A stretch of 64,000 bases of DNA. It comes from Burkholderiales bacterium (lineage in GTDB: Bacteria > Pseudomonadota > Gammaproteobacteria > Burkholderiales > SG8-39). The stretch lies in assembly GCA_035632415.1 (NCBI GenBank), contig DASQGW010000203.1:1176-65175 (forward strand), read 5' to 3'. This document shows, in pieces, positions 26,600 to 36,226 of the stretch. The notes under the pieces were generated by a model. That model searched no databases. It was not told the origin of the DNA and worked only from the letters and a program-made list of their open reading frames with translations. The translations under genes were made by a program, and so were the position numbers. Position 1 is the stretch's first letter. Each line of letters begins with the position of its first letter.

Positions 26600-27457
26600 C
26601 TACAAGGCGAGGAGCCTGGCCGCGTTCTGCTTCAGGATCAGCGGCCGCACCTCGGGCTTGATCGGCAGTTTTTCGAAATCCGCCATCCAGCGCTCGGGCG
26701 ACATCACCGGATAGTCGGAGCCGAAGAGGATCTTCTCCTTCAGGAGCGTGTTCGCATACTGGACCAGGATCGGCGGGAAGTATTTCGGCGACCAGCCGGA
26801 GAGATCGATATAGACCTGCGGCTTGTGGGTCGCGACCGAGAGCGCTTCCTCCTGCCAGGGAAACGAAGGATGCGCGAGGATGATCGGCATGTCGGGAAAA
26901 TCGACCGCCACGTCGTCGAGCAGCATCGGATTGGAATACTTGAGCCGGATGCCGCCTCCGGCGCGCGTGTTGGCCCCGACTCCCGTCTGCCCGGTATGGA
27001 AGAGCGCCGGCAGCTTCGCCTCGGCGATCACCTCGTAGAGCGGATAGGCCATGCGGTCGTTCGGCGCAAACTCCTGCACCGACGGGTGGAACTTGAAGCC
27101 GCGGACTCCGTAGTCCCTGATCAGCCGGCGGGCCTGCGCCACGCCATCGGCGCCCCGATGGGGATTGATGCTGGCAAAGGGGATCGCCACATCGCCGTGC
27201 TTGTGCGCGAGCTCGGCGATCTCCTCGTTGCTGATCCGCTGGCTTGCGCCCTTCTCCGCATCCACCGTGAAGACCACGAAGGCCATCCTGAGCTTGCGAT
27301 ACATCTCGGCCATCTCGGGCACGGTCTGGTGCTGCGGCTGGTAGCGGAAGTAGCGCCCCATCGCCTCCTGCGACTCGGTGAGCTTGTCGCTCACGGCAAG
27401 CGCGGACTTCCACGCATGCGTATGGACGTCGATGGCAACGAGATCGTCGAGCTTCAT
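26600..27457 (-). CDS. Amidohydrolase-2 family metal-dependent hydrolase
   Basis: IDVHTHAW at the N-terminus, FKFHPSVQ, ILAHPSFPW, GSDYP. ATGA overlap with the upstream ligase gene. Confidence 0.8.
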   Translation of the reverse strand: MKLDDLVAIDVHTHAWKSALAVSDKLTESQEAMGRYFRYQPQHQTVPEMAEMYRKLRMAFVVFTVDAEKGASQRISNEEIAELAHKHGDVAIPFASINPHRGADGVAQARRLIRDYGVRGFKFHPSVQEFAPNDRMAYPLYEVIAEAKLPALFHTGQTGVGANTRAGGGIRLKYSNPMLLDDVAVDFPDMPIILAHPSFPWQEEALSVATHKPQVYIDLSGWSPKYFPPILVQYANTLLKEKILFGSDYPVMSPERWMADFEKLPIKPEVRPLILKQNAARLLAL

Positions 27458-29160
27458 GCCGCCATGACCCTCGGGGAACCAGCATACAGCTCCTCGACGA
27501 GCGCCGCGCGGCGCGTGAGCACCGCGCGCTGGTTGATGGAGCCCTTGTCGGTCATCTCGCCCGCGTCGAGCGAGGGCGGCTCCTCCAGCAGGAGCGCGCG
27601 CGCAATGCGGTTCGAGCTGCCTGTGCTCGGCATGCTCTTCAGCCTCGACTCGAACTCTTCGCGCCCCGCCGGGGTGGCCGGAAAGATGAGCGCCCCGACC
27701 TCGCCGCGGCCGGCGCCGGCGATGACCACGTCGCGCACCAGCGGCGCGAAGTGGGCGATGAAGCTCGCCCGCAGCGGCCCGACGTGCACCCAGGTGCCGG
27801 TGGAGAGCTTGAAGTCTTCGGCGAGCCGGCCGCGGAAGAGCAGGCCCTTCGACGGATCGCCGTCCTGGAAGGCGAACGTGTCGCCCAGTCGGTAGTAGCC
27901 ATCTTCGTCGAACGCGGCGCGCGTGAGCTCGGGCTGGCGCCAATAGCCTGGCGTGATATGCGGGCCTTTCACGCGCGCCTCGTACTTACCCTCGATCGGC
28001 ACGAGCTTGATCTCGGCGCCGGGCGGGGGCAAGCCCATGTTGGTCGCATCGGTCGTCTCCCACATGCGGCCCATGGTATAGGGAGCGGTCTCGGTCGAGC
28101 CGAGCCCGGTGAGGAAGAGGATGTCCTCCCCGGTCGACTCGCGCGCGAGCGACTTGATCTCGTCGAACACGTGCTGTGCGATCGCCGCCCCCGCGAACCA
28201 CAGCACCTTCAGCCGGCTGAAGAAGTTCTGCCGCAGCTCGGCATCGGCGCGCAGGTACGGCAGCAGCGCCTCGTAGCCCTTCGGCACGTTGAAATACCAG
28301 TTGGGCGCGATCTCGCGCAGATTGCGTACCGTGGTCTCGATCGCGCCCGGCATCGGCCTGCCCTCGTCGATGTAGTAGGAGCCGCCGTTGTGCAGGACGA
28401 TGCCGAAGTCGTGGTTGCCGGCGGCGGTGTGGTGCCACGGCGCCCAGTCGACGATGACCGGCGGCTCGTCCTGGAAGAACGCGAACTGGCTCGCGATCAT
28501 CGCCTGGTTCGAGCACCACATGCGCTGCGTATTGATCACTGCCTTCGGCTGGCCGGTCGAGCCCGAGGTAAAGAGGAACTTGGCGATCGTGTCGGGGCCG
28601 ACGCGGTCATGCGCCTGCTCGAGGGCGGCGCCCGGCTCGCTTTCGGGAACCGTATCGATCACCTCGACGCCGTGCGCGACGGCTTCCAGCGCCTTGCGAA
28701 ATTGATCCATGTGGGACGCGAAGACCAAACCGGGGGTCAGGAGCTCGAAAATCGCGCGCAGCTTGGCGAAATCCGCGGACAGGAGCGAATACGCGGGCGA
28801 GACCGGCGCATAAGGGATGCCGGCATAAAGGGACCCGAGATGCAGGAGCGCATGCTCGATATCGTTGCCGGAGAGCACGACGAGCGGCCGCTCGGCGGAG
28901 AGTCCCCTGGCGAGGAGCGCCGCGCCGACGCGCTTCGCCTTCGCCACCGCTTCGTCGAATCGCAGCGTGCGCCACGCAGTGCCGGAGCGCTGGGCGAAGA
29001 GGACGCGATCGGGCGCGACCCGCGCCCAGTACTCGAGCCGCTCGGTGATCTTGCGCGGATAGGCCCCGAGGCTGCGCGGCGAGCTCAGGTGCACCTCGCC
29101 GCGCGCATTGCGCTCCACCCGTATCGCCGGCTCGGCGAGCCGCACGCTGCGCGTCCTCAT
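27454..29160 (-). CDS. AMP-dependent synthetase, feruloyl-CoA-synthase-like
   Basis: FTSGSTGQPKAVINT, GYWRQPELT, YRLGD. Overlaps the MarR stop. Confidence 0.85.
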   Translation of the reverse strand: MRTRSVRLAEPAIRVERNARGEVHLSSPRSLGAYPRKITERLEYWARVAPDRVLFAQRSGTAWRTLRFDEAVAKAKRVGAALLARGLSAERPLVVLSGNDIEHALLHLGSLYAGIPYAPVSPAYSLLSADFAKLRAIFELLTPGLVFASHMDQFRKALEAVAHGVEVIDTVPESEPGAALEQAHDRVGPDTIAKFLFTSGSTGQPKAVINTQRMWCSNQAMIASQFAFFQDEPPVIVDWAPWHHTAAGNHDFGIVLHNGGSYYIDEGRPMPGAIETTVRNLREIAPNWYFNVPKGYEALLPYLRADAELRQNFFSRLKVLWFAGAAIAQHVFDEIKSLARESTGEDILFLTGLGSTETAPYTMGRMWETTDATNMGLPPPGAEIKLVPIEGKYEARVKGPHITPGYWRQPELTRAAFDEDGYYRLGDTFAFQDGDPSKGLLFRGRLAEDFKLSTGTWVHVGPLRASFIAHFAPLVRDVVIAGAGRGEVGALIFPATPAGREEFESRLKSMPSTGSSNRIARALLLEEPPSLDAGEMTDKGSINQRAVLTRRAALVEELYAGSPRVMAA

Positions 29161-29639
29161 GCGGCGAGCTTCCCGAGCAAGCGCATCAGCTCGCGCTGCT
29201 CGCGCTTCGCGAGGCGCGCCGCGAAGCGCCGATCCTGCGCGCGCACGCGGCGCCGCAGCGTATCGAGCAGGCGCTCGCCTTTGGCGGTGAGGTAAAGGCC
29301 CCAGGCGCGGCCATCGTCGGGGCGATGGCGGCGCTCCGCGAGGCCGCGGCCCTCGAGCCAGTCGGCGAGCAGCATGGCCCCCGAGCGCGCCGTGCCGAGC
29401 ACCTCGCCGAGCACGGTCTGGCTGATGCCGGGGTTGTTCCGCAGGATGACGAGGGCGGTGAAGCGCGGCGGCGTGATGCCCGCGCCGGCGCTGGCGCGCG
29501 CAAAGGCCTCGAAAGCCGCGACCTGGGCGCGGCGCAGCGCATAGCCGACAATCGTGTCGAGCTCGGCGTAATCGATGCCGGGCACGCGCGCAATGCTGCT
29601 CGGCCGCGGCCCGCGCGCGCTGCGATGAGGCTTGGCCAT
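29157..29639 (-). CDS. MarR-family transcriptional regulator
   Basis: Winged-helix region ITPPRFTALVILRNNPGISQTVLGEVLGTARSGAMLLADWLEGRGLAERR. Confidence 0.85.
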   Translation of the reverse strand: MAKPHRSARGPRPSSIARVPGIDYAELDTIVGYALRRAQVAAFEAFARASAGAGITPPRFTALVILRNNPGISQTVLGEVLGTARSGAMLLADWLEGRGLAERRHRPDDGRAWGLYLTAKGERLLDTLRRRVRAQDRRFAARLAKREQRELMRLLGKLAA

Positions 29640-29696
29640 TGGTTGACGCCGATTGTAAGGCTATATGACAATCGCCCGTCTACACGAGGAGGCCCC

Positions 29697-30917
29697 ATGA
29701 AACGACGCCAGTTCAATACGGCGCTCGCGGCACTCGCCGCCACCGGCGCATTTCCGTCGCTCGCTCGCGCGCAATCGCAGAAGCTCAAAGTCGGCGTGAT
29801 CCTGCCGCGCTCGGGCTATCTCGGCTTCATCGGCCAGTCGTGCCAGAAAGGCGCGGACCTCGCCCCGGACGTGATCAAGGAGATGCTCGGCGTCGACATC
29901 GAGCTGATGAATGCCGACTTCGAGTCGAACGTCGACACCGCGCGCAACCGCGCCGAGCGCCTGATCCAGGAAGGCGCGAACGTGCTGGTCGGGCCGTTCG
30001 ACTCCGGCGCCGCCGCGGCGATCGCGCAGGTCGCCGAGCAGCGCGGCGTGCCCTTCGTGATCAACATCGCCGCCGCGCCGCAGATCACCGAGCAGGGCTA
30101 CAAGTACGTGTTCCGCAACTTCCAGACGGCGATCGACATCGTGCGCGAGGGTCTGGACCTCATCGGCGAGCTCTTCCAGGCGACCAATGTCGTGCCCCGC
30201 ACCGCGGTCTACATGCACGTGAACGACACCTTCGGGCAGGCGATGACCAAGGGCATCGGCGCGATGCTGCCGCGGCGCACGCAGCTGCCCTTCAAGATCG
30301 TCGACACCATCTCCTACGACCCGGCGGCGAAGGACCTGACCGTCGAAGTGTCCAAAGCGAAGGCGGCGAACGCCGACTTCCTGCTGCTCGTCTGCCGCCT
30401 GAACGACGCCATCCTCCTGCGGCGCGAGATGGTGAAGCAGCGCTGGAACCCAATGGGCATCATCAGCCCCGGCTCGCCCGGCATGTACGAGGAGCAGTAT
30501 TTCAAGACGCTCGGCAAACTCTCCGAGTACTCGATCTCGAACGTGCCCTGGTACAACCCGAAGGCGAAGCTCACCCAGGTGGTGGAGAAGGCGTTCCTCA
30601 AGCAGAACCCGAAGGACAAGCTCGTGTTCCACGGGCTCAACGCCGGCTTCACCTTCGAGGCGATCCTCATCGCCGCCGACGCCTTCAAGCGCGCTAAGAG
30701 CACCGACCCGAAGACGCTCGCGGACGCCATCCGCCAGACCAACATCACCGAGAAGATGACGCTCGGCGGCCCGATCAAGTTCAACCAGAAGGGCCAGGTC
30801 GAGGGCATCAAGTCGGCGTGCGTGCAGAACCTGCACATGCTGCCCACGGTCGTGCTGCCGAAGGAAGCGGCAACGGCGAAGCCCGTGTTCCCGGTGCCGG
30901 GGTACAAGAAAGCCTGA
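29697..30917 (+). CDS. ABC transporter substrate-binding protein (LivJ-like)
   Basis: Tat/Sec signal MKRRQFNTALAALAATGAFPSLARA, followed by KVGVILPRSGYLGFIG. Confidence 0.85.
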   Translation: MKRRQFNTALAALAATGAFPSLARAQSQKLKVGVILPRSGYLGFIGQSCQKGADLAPDVIKEMLGVDIELMNADFESNVDTARNRAERLIQEGANVLVGPFDSGAAAAIAQVAEQRGVPFVINIAAAPQITEQGYKYVFRNFQTAIDIVREGLDLIGELFQATNVVPRTAVYMHVNDTFGQAMTKGIGAMLPRRTQLPFKIVDTISYDPAAKDLTVEVSKAKAANADFLLLVCRLNDAILLRREMVKQRWNPMGIISPGSPGMYEEQYFKTLGKLSEYSISNVPWYNPKAKLTQVVEKAFLKQNPKDKLVFHGLNAGFTFEAILIAADAFKRAKSTDPKTLADAIRQTNITEKMTLGGPIKFNQKGQVEGIKSACVQNLHMLPTVVLPKEAATAKPVFPVPGYKKA

Positions 30918-30930
30918 ACGCCAAAGGCCG

Positions 30931-30994
30931 AAAAAGGGGTCAGAGCAATTTTCCGGTAACAACTATTTCAGGAAAATTGCTCTGACCCCTTTTT
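30931..30994 (+). terminator. Perfect 24-bp-stem hairpin (attenuator/terminator) between the binding-protein and permease genes
   Basis: AAAAAGGGGTCAGAGCAATTTTCC-N16-GGAAAATTGCTCTGACCCCTTTTT. A-tract 5' and T-tract 3'. It ends 1 nt before ATG 30996. Confidence 0.65.
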
Positions 30995-30995
30995 G

Positions 30996-31868
30996 ATGCC
31001 GGCCGCTGACCTCGTAGCGAACGTAGTCGTCTCCGGAATCCTCACCGGCTTGGTCTACGGCCTGATGGCGCTCGGGCTGTCGGTGATCTTCGGCGTGGTG
31101 CGCGTGGTCAATTTCGCGCACGGCGAGATGATGATCACCGCGATGTACGCGGCGACGGTGCTCTTCGCCGCCCTGAACCTCGACCCCTTCCTCGCCATGC
31201 TGCCGGTGGCGGCGGCGTTCTTCGTCTTCGGCTATGTGCTGCAGGCCGCAGTCATCAATCGCTTCATCACGCGTCCCGAGCACTCGCAGTTCATGCTGCT
31301 CGTGGCGATCGCGATCATCCTCGTCAACGCGATGCTGATGGTCTTCGGCCCCGACGCGCGCAACGTGCAGGTGGATTACCAGCTCGACTCCTACCAGGTC
31401 GGGCCGCTGCTGGTCGACAAAGCGCGCCTGCTTGCGGCCGGGGCTGCGCTCGTCGCGGCGGCCGCGCTGTTTGCATTCTTCAGATACTCGCTCACCGGAA
31501 AGGCGATTCGCGCCTGCGCCGACAACTATCTCGGGGCCAAGGTCGTCGGCCTGAACGTGAAGCACCTCTACGCCCTCACCTTCGGCCTCGGCGCTGCGTG
31601 CGTCGCCATCGCCGGCTGCGCGATGGTGGTGCTCGTCGACGTCACGCCGCCGCTCGGCCCGGCCTATACGCTGCTCGCCTTCGTCATCGTCATCGTGGGC
31701 GGGCTCGGCTCGATGGCCGGCGCGCTTCTCGGCGGCGTGCTGATCGGCGTCTCCGAAGCGCTCGCGGGCCTCTTCATCGATCCTTCGGCGAAAAGCATGT
31801 TCAGCTTCGGGCTGCTGATCTTGGTCTTGCTGTTGCGCCCTCAAGGGCTGCTCGGGAGGCGCGCATGA
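30996..31868 (+). CDS. livH: Branched-chain amino acid ABC transporter permease (LivH type)
   Basis: GLVYGLMALGLSVIFGVVRVVNFAHGE. Confidence 0.85.
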   Translation: MPAADLVANVVVSGILTGLVYGLMALGLSVIFGVVRVVNFAHGEMMITAMYAATVLFAALNLDPFLAMLPVAAAFFVFGYVLQAAVINRFITRPEHSQFMLLVAIAIILVNAMLMVFGPDARNVQVDYQLDSYQVGPLLVDKARLLAAGAALVAAAALFAFFRYSLTGKAIRACADNYLGAKVVGLNVKHLYALTFGLGAACVAIAGCAMVVLVDVTPPLGPAYTLLAFVIVIVGGLGSMAGALLGGVLIGVSEALAGLFIDPSAKSMFSFGLLILVLLLRPQGLLGRRA

Positions 31869-31884
31869 ATCGCGTGGTCTGCCG

Positions 31885-32847
31885 ATGAACCGCAGATCGA
31901 TCCTCCTCGCAGTGCTCGCCGCATTCCTCGTCGCGCTGCCGCTCTTTGCCGGCAACTACGCGCTCTCCGTCGCAACGCTGATCCTGTACTTCGCCTACAC
32001 CGGCCAGGCATGGAACGTGATGATGGGCTTCGCCGGCCAGCTCTCGCTCGGCCACGCGCTCTACGTCGGCGTCGGCGCCTACGCGGCGGGCGCGCTTTTC
32101 TATCACCTGGGCATCGGTCCGTGGGCGGGCGTCTGGCTCGCCATCGCGCTGTGCGTGGCGTTCGGCCTCGTCATCGGCTTCCTCGCGTTCCGCTTCTCGA
32201 TTTCCGGCGTGTACTTCGCGCTCCTCACCATCGCCTTCGCCGAGTTCACGCGCATCGGGTTCGACCACCTCAATTTCATCGGCGGGCCCGGCGGCATGTT
32301 CCTGCGCGTCGCGCAGCGCGACGCGTGGGACCTCGCGAACTTCCGCGGCCCGCCGCTCATGTACTACTACGCGATCCTCGCGCTCACCATGGCAGCGTTT
32401 GCCCTCTGTTCATGGTTGCTGAAGAGCAAGGCCGGCTACTACTGGCAGGCGATCCGCGAGAACGAGGAAGCCGCGCAGGCGCTCGGCATCGCCAGCCTGC
32501 GCTGGAAGCTGCTCGCGATGGCGATCAGCTCGGCGATGACGGCGGTATCGGGCGTGTTCTTCGCCTTCTACTACAACAACCTCTTTCCCGAGCAGATCTT
32601 CAACATCAGCCGCTCGATCGAGATCATCCTCGGCCCGGTGATCGGCGGCGTCGGCACGCTCTTCGGCCCGGTGCTCGGCGCCGCGGTGCTGACGCTCCTT
32701 TCCGAGGGCATTACCGAGTCGCTTGCCGCGCTCGGCTGGGAGATTCCCGGCGTGAAGCAAGTCTTCTACGGCGTGGTGCTCCTCGCCGTGGTGATGTTCA
32801 TGCCGAACGGCATCTGGCCGGCGCTCGCGAAGAGGCTGCGCCTGTGA
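31885..32847 (+). CDS. livM: Branched-chain amino acid ABC transporter permease (LivM type)
   Basis: GQAWNVMMGFAGQLSLGHALYVGVGAY. Confidence 0.85.
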   Translation: MNRRSILLAVLAAFLVALPLFAGNYALSVATLILYFAYTGQAWNVMMGFAGQLSLGHALYVGVGAYAAGALFYHLGIGPWAGVWLAIALCVAFGLVIGFLAFRFSISGVYFALLTIAFAEFTRIGFDHLNFIGGPGGMFLRVAQRDAWDLANFRGPPLMYYYAILALTMAAFALCSWLLKSKAGYYWQAIRENEEAAQALGIASLRWKLLAMAISSAMTAVSGVFFAFYYNNLFPEQIFNISRSIEIILGPVIGGVGTLFGPVLGAAVLTLLSEGITESLAALGWEIPGVKQVFYGVVLLAVVMFMPNGIWPALAKRLRL

Positions 32848-33572
32848 GCGCGCTCCTCGAGGTGCGCGCCATCAGCAAGTCCTTCCGCGGCCTGCGGGCC
32901 GTGAGCGACGCCTCGTTCGAGATCCCGGCAGGCGACATCAACGGCCTCATCGGCCCGAACGGCGCAGGCAAGACGACGATCTTCAACATGATCGCGGGCG
33001 TCTACGCGCCCGATTCCGGCTCGATTCTTTTCAACGGTTCCGAAATACAGGGACTTCGGCCGGACCGGATTTGCGCCGCCGGCATCGGCCGCACCTTCCA
33101 GATCGTGAAGCCCTTTGCTGGCCTCACGGTGCTCGACAACGTGATGGTCGGCGCTTTCCTGCGCAGCCGCACGGCGCAGGATGCGCGCCAGCTCGCCGCG
33201 AGCATCGTCGAGCGGCTCGGCCTCGGGCCCAAGCGCGACCTGCCCGCCTCCTCGCTCACGCTGCCCGACCGCAAGCGCCTGGAGGTCGCCCGGGCGCTGG
33301 CCACGCGACCGAAGCTCCTGCTGCTCGACGAGGTGATGGCCGGCCTGCGGCCGACCGAATGCGACCAGATGGTGGAAGTGTTCCGCGAGATCAACCGCGC
33401 GGACGGCACGACGATCCTCCTCATCGAGCACGTCATGCGCGCGGTGATGGCGCTCGCCAGGCACATCGGCGTCCTGCATCACGGCGAGGTGATCGCGCGC
33501 GGCACGCCCGAGCAGGTGGTGCGCGATCCCGCGGTGCTCGAGTGCTACCTCGGCGAGGAGGCCGAAGTCTAG
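32844..33572 (+). CDS. livG: ABC transporter ATP-binding protein (LivG type)
   Basis: Walker A GPNGAGKTT, LLLLDEVMAGL. GTGA start/stop overlap. Confidence 0.9.
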   Translation: MSALLEVRAISKSFRGLRAVSDASFEIPAGDINGLIGPNGAGKTTIFNMIAGVYAPDSGSILFNGSEIQGLRPDRICAAGIGRTFQIVKPFAGLTVLDNVMVGAFLRSRTAQDARQLAASIVERLGLGPKRDLPASSLTLPDRKRLEVARALATRPKLLLLDEVMAGLRPTECDQMVEVFREINRADGTTILLIEHVMRAVMALARHIGVLHHGEVIARGTPEQVVRDPAVLECYLGEEAEV

Positions 33573-34277
33573 ATGCTCGCCATCCGGGACCTGGACCTCT
33601 ACTACGGCGATGCACAAGCGCTCGATCGCGTGTCGCTCGAGGTGCCGCAGGGCGCGATCGTCGCCATCGTCGGCGCGAACGGCGCCGGGAAGTCATCGCT
33701 CATCCGCGCGATCGCCGGCATCGAGACGCCGCGCTCGGGCCACATCGCCTTCAAGGGGGCGCCCATCGCCGGCCTCGAGTCGCATCGCATCTGCAACCTC
33801 GGCATCGGCCAGGTCGCCGAAGGCCGGCAGGTGTTTCCCTCCCTCACGGTGCTCGAAAACCTGCAGATGGGCGCGATGATCCCGCGCGCTCGCAAGGACG
33901 CCGCGCGCAACCTCGAGGACGTGCTCGATCTCTTCCCGCGCCTGCGAGAGCGCATGGACCAGATCGCCGGCACGATGTCCGGCGGCGAGCAGCAGATGCT
34001 CGCCATCGGCCGCTGCCTGATGGGCGCGCCCGAGCTCATCATGTTCGACGAGCCCTCGCTCGGCCTCGCGCCGCTCGTCGTGCGGGACGTGCTGCACACG
34101 ATCCACGTGCTCAACCAGCGCGGCCTGACGATCCTGCTCGTCGAGCAGAACGTCGCCGTCTCGCTCAAGATCTCGCAGCGCGCCTACGTGCTCGAGAACG
34201 GCCGCATCGTCATGAGCGGCACGGGCGCAGAGCTCCTGCATGACGATCGTGTCAGGCAGGCCTACCTCGGCCTCTGA
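33573..34277 (+). CDS. livF: ABC transporter ATP-binding protein (LivF type)
   Basis: GANGAGKSS, signature MSGGEQQML, IMFDEPSLGLAP. Confidence 0.9.
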   Translation: MLAIRDLDLYYGDAQALDRVSLEVPQGAIVAIVGANGAGKSSLIRAIAGIETPRSGHIAFKGAPIAGLESHRICNLGIGQVAEGRQVFPSLTVLENLQMGAMIPRARKDAARNLEDVLDLFPRLRERMDQIAGTMSGGEQQMLAIGRCLMGAPELIMFDEPSLGLAPLVVRDVLHTIHVLNQRGLTILLVEQNVAVSLKISQRAYVLENGRIVMSGTGAELLHDDRVRQAYLGL

Positions 34278-34302
34278 AATAATCCCGCTCAAGGGGGTTC
34301 CC

Positions 34303-35661
34303 ATGAAGCTCGCCGGACTGGCCATCGGCCTCTTGCTGTCATCGCTCGCCTGCGCGCAGCCGCGCGAGATTTACAAGGAGCTCGTCGAGATCAATACGGT
34401 GACGAACTCCGGCGACACGGCGCAGGCCGCCGACGCGATGGCGGCGCGCCTGAAGGCGGCCGGCTTCCCGGAGAGCGACGTCCACGTCTTCAAGCCGGCG
34501 CCGAAGAAAGGCAACGTCGTGGCTCGCCTGCGCGGCACCGGCAAGAAGAAGCCGATGCTGGTGATGGCGCACATCGACGTGGTCGATGCGAAGCGCGAGG
34601 ACTGGTCGATGGACCCGTTCAAGCTCGAGGAGAAAGACGGCTATTTCTACGGCCGCGGCACCGGCGACGACAAGTTCATGGCGACGGCGTTGGTCGCCAA
34701 CCTGATCCGCTACAAGCACGAGGGCTTCCGCCCGTCGCGCGACATCATTCTGGTCCTGGAGACCGATGAGGAGATCGGCGACGCCAACAAGCTCGGCATC
34801 CGCTGGTTGATCGAGCACCAGCGCCCATTGATTGATGCCGAGTTCGCGCTCAACGAAGGCGCCGGCGTCGGCATGAAAGGCGGCCGGGCGCTGCGCAACG
34901 GCGTGCAGACCGCCGAGAAGGTCTATGTCAACTACCGCCTGGAAGTGACCAACCGCGGCGGGCACAGCGCGCTGCCGCGCAAGGACAACGCCATCTACCG
35001 CCTCGCCGCCGGCCTCGACCGTCTGGCGAAATACGACTTCCCGGTAAAGCTGAACGAGACCACGCGCCTCTGGTTCGAGCGCAGCGCGGCCATGGAAGCG
35101 CCGCAGACCGCCGCCGACATGCGCGCCCTTGCCGCGGGGAAGGCCGACGCCGCCGCCATCGCGCGGCTTTCCGCCGATCCGGCCTTCAACGCGCGGATGC
35201 GCACGACCTGCGTAGCGACGATGCTCGAGGGTGGGCATGCGCCGAACGCGCTGCCGCAGCTCGCGCGCGCCAATGTCAATTGCCGCGTGCTGCCGGGCGA
35301 GTCGATCATCGAGCTCGAGACCACGCTCGCCCAGGTGCTTGCCGACTACGAGATCAAGGTGACGCGCGCCTACGAGCCCACCACGAGCCAACCTTCCCCT
35401 CTGCGGCCTGACGTCATGGGTCCGATCGAGAAGCTGACGGCGAAGTTCTGGCCCGGCATCCCGGTGATCCCTTCGATGAGCGCCGGCGCCACGGATGGCA
35501 ACTTCCTTCGCAATGCCGGCATTCCCGTCTACGGCCACTCTGGCCTGGCAGAGGATGTCGACGATGTGCGCGCGCATGGGCGCGACGAGCGCGTCGCAGT
35601 CAAGGCCTTCGATGACGGCGTCGAATACCTCTACCAGCTGGTGAAGATGCTCGCGCAATGA
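34303..35661 (+). CDS. M20-family metallopeptidase (secreted)
   Basis: Signal MKLAGLAIGLLLSSLACA, then MAHIDVVDA, GRGTGDDK, ETDEEIG. Confidence 0.85.
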   Translation: MKLAGLAIGLLLSSLACAQPREIYKELVEINTVTNSGDTAQAADAMAARLKAAGFPESDVHVFKPAPKKGNVVARLRGTGKKKPMLVMAHIDVVDAKREDWSMDPFKLEEKDGYFYGRGTGDDKFMATALVANLIRYKHEGFRPSRDIILVLETDEEIGDANKLGIRWLIEHQRPLIDAEFALNEGAGVGMKGGRALRNGVQTAEKVYVNYRLEVTNRGGHSALPRKDNAIYRLAAGLDRLAKYDFPVKLNETTRLWFERSAAMEAPQTAADMRALAAGKADAAAIARLSADPAFNARMRTTCVATMLEGGHAPNALPQLARANVNCRVLPGESIIELETTLAQVLADYEIKVTRAYEPTTSQPSPLRPDVMGPIEKLTAKFWPGIPVIPSMSAGATDGNFLRNAGIPVYGHSGLAEDVDDVRAHGRDERVAVKAFDDGVEYLYQLVKMLAQ

Positions 35662-36176
35662 AAGTCAGCTTCGAGTTCACGGTCGACGACCTCGTCGACA
35701 GCGCGGAGCGAGCGGTGGCACGCTCGAGCCTCATGCGCGGCTGGCGCTGGCAGCGCCTTGCCGTCACCTGCATCCTGAGCGCGATCGTCGCCTATCTCGT
35801 CGTGCCGGGCCCGGAGGGGCGCAAGCTCTTCGCCGCCGTCGTCGCCGCCGCCATCTGCGCGGCCATCCTGCCCTTCTCGAGCGGCGGCGGCCGCAAGCGC
35901 CGGCTGCAGCAGTACTTCCGCGAGCAGTTCGGCGGCGACGGCCCCTTCACCTGCGAGGTCGAGCTCACACCCGCCGCGCTCGTCACGGTGCAGCGCGGCG
36001 CGCGCTCGGAGCGCCCCTGGCCGATGATCCGCGCCATCCAGGTGACCGACAACTCGGTCGACTTCCTCACCCAGGGCGCCGGCAGCGTCATCGTGCGCAA
36101 CCGCGCCTTCAAGTCGCGCGAGGAGCGCGACGCCTTCGTCGAGCTCGCACGCAAGTACGCGCCGCAGGCCGCCTGA
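35658..36176 (+). CDS. YcxB-like membrane protein
   Basis: Two central TM helices, then a C-terminal ...IRAIQVTDNSVDFLTQGAGSVIVRNRAF... pattern. ATGA overlap with the upstream gene. Confidence 0.5.
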   Translation: MKVSFEFTVDDLVDSAERAVARSSLMRGWRWQRLAVTCILSAIVAYLVVPGPEGRKLFAAVVAAAICAAILPFSSGGGRKRRLQQYFREQFGGDGPFTCEVELTPAALVTVQRGARSERPWPMIRAIQVTDNSVDFLTQGAGSVIVRNRAFKSREERDAFVELARKYAPQAA

Positions 36177-36178
36177 GC

Positions 36179-36205
36179 AAGTTCCGGACAACGTCCTTAA
36201 TTATT
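36179..36205 (+). repeat. Copy a of the palindromic repeat family
   Basis: AAGTTCCGGACAACGTCCTTAATTATT. Confidence 0.7.
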
Positions 36206-36226
36206 GGCGCGGCGCTCGCCGGCCTC

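Noticed and set aside
27751-29295. 514-aa plus-strand ORF
   Set aside because: Antisense to the feruloyl-CoA-synthase-like gene and the MarR gene. No motifs.
29661-30962. 433-aa minus-strand ORF
   Set aside because: Antisense to the LivJ-like binding-protein gene. The composition is typical of GC-rich shadow frames.
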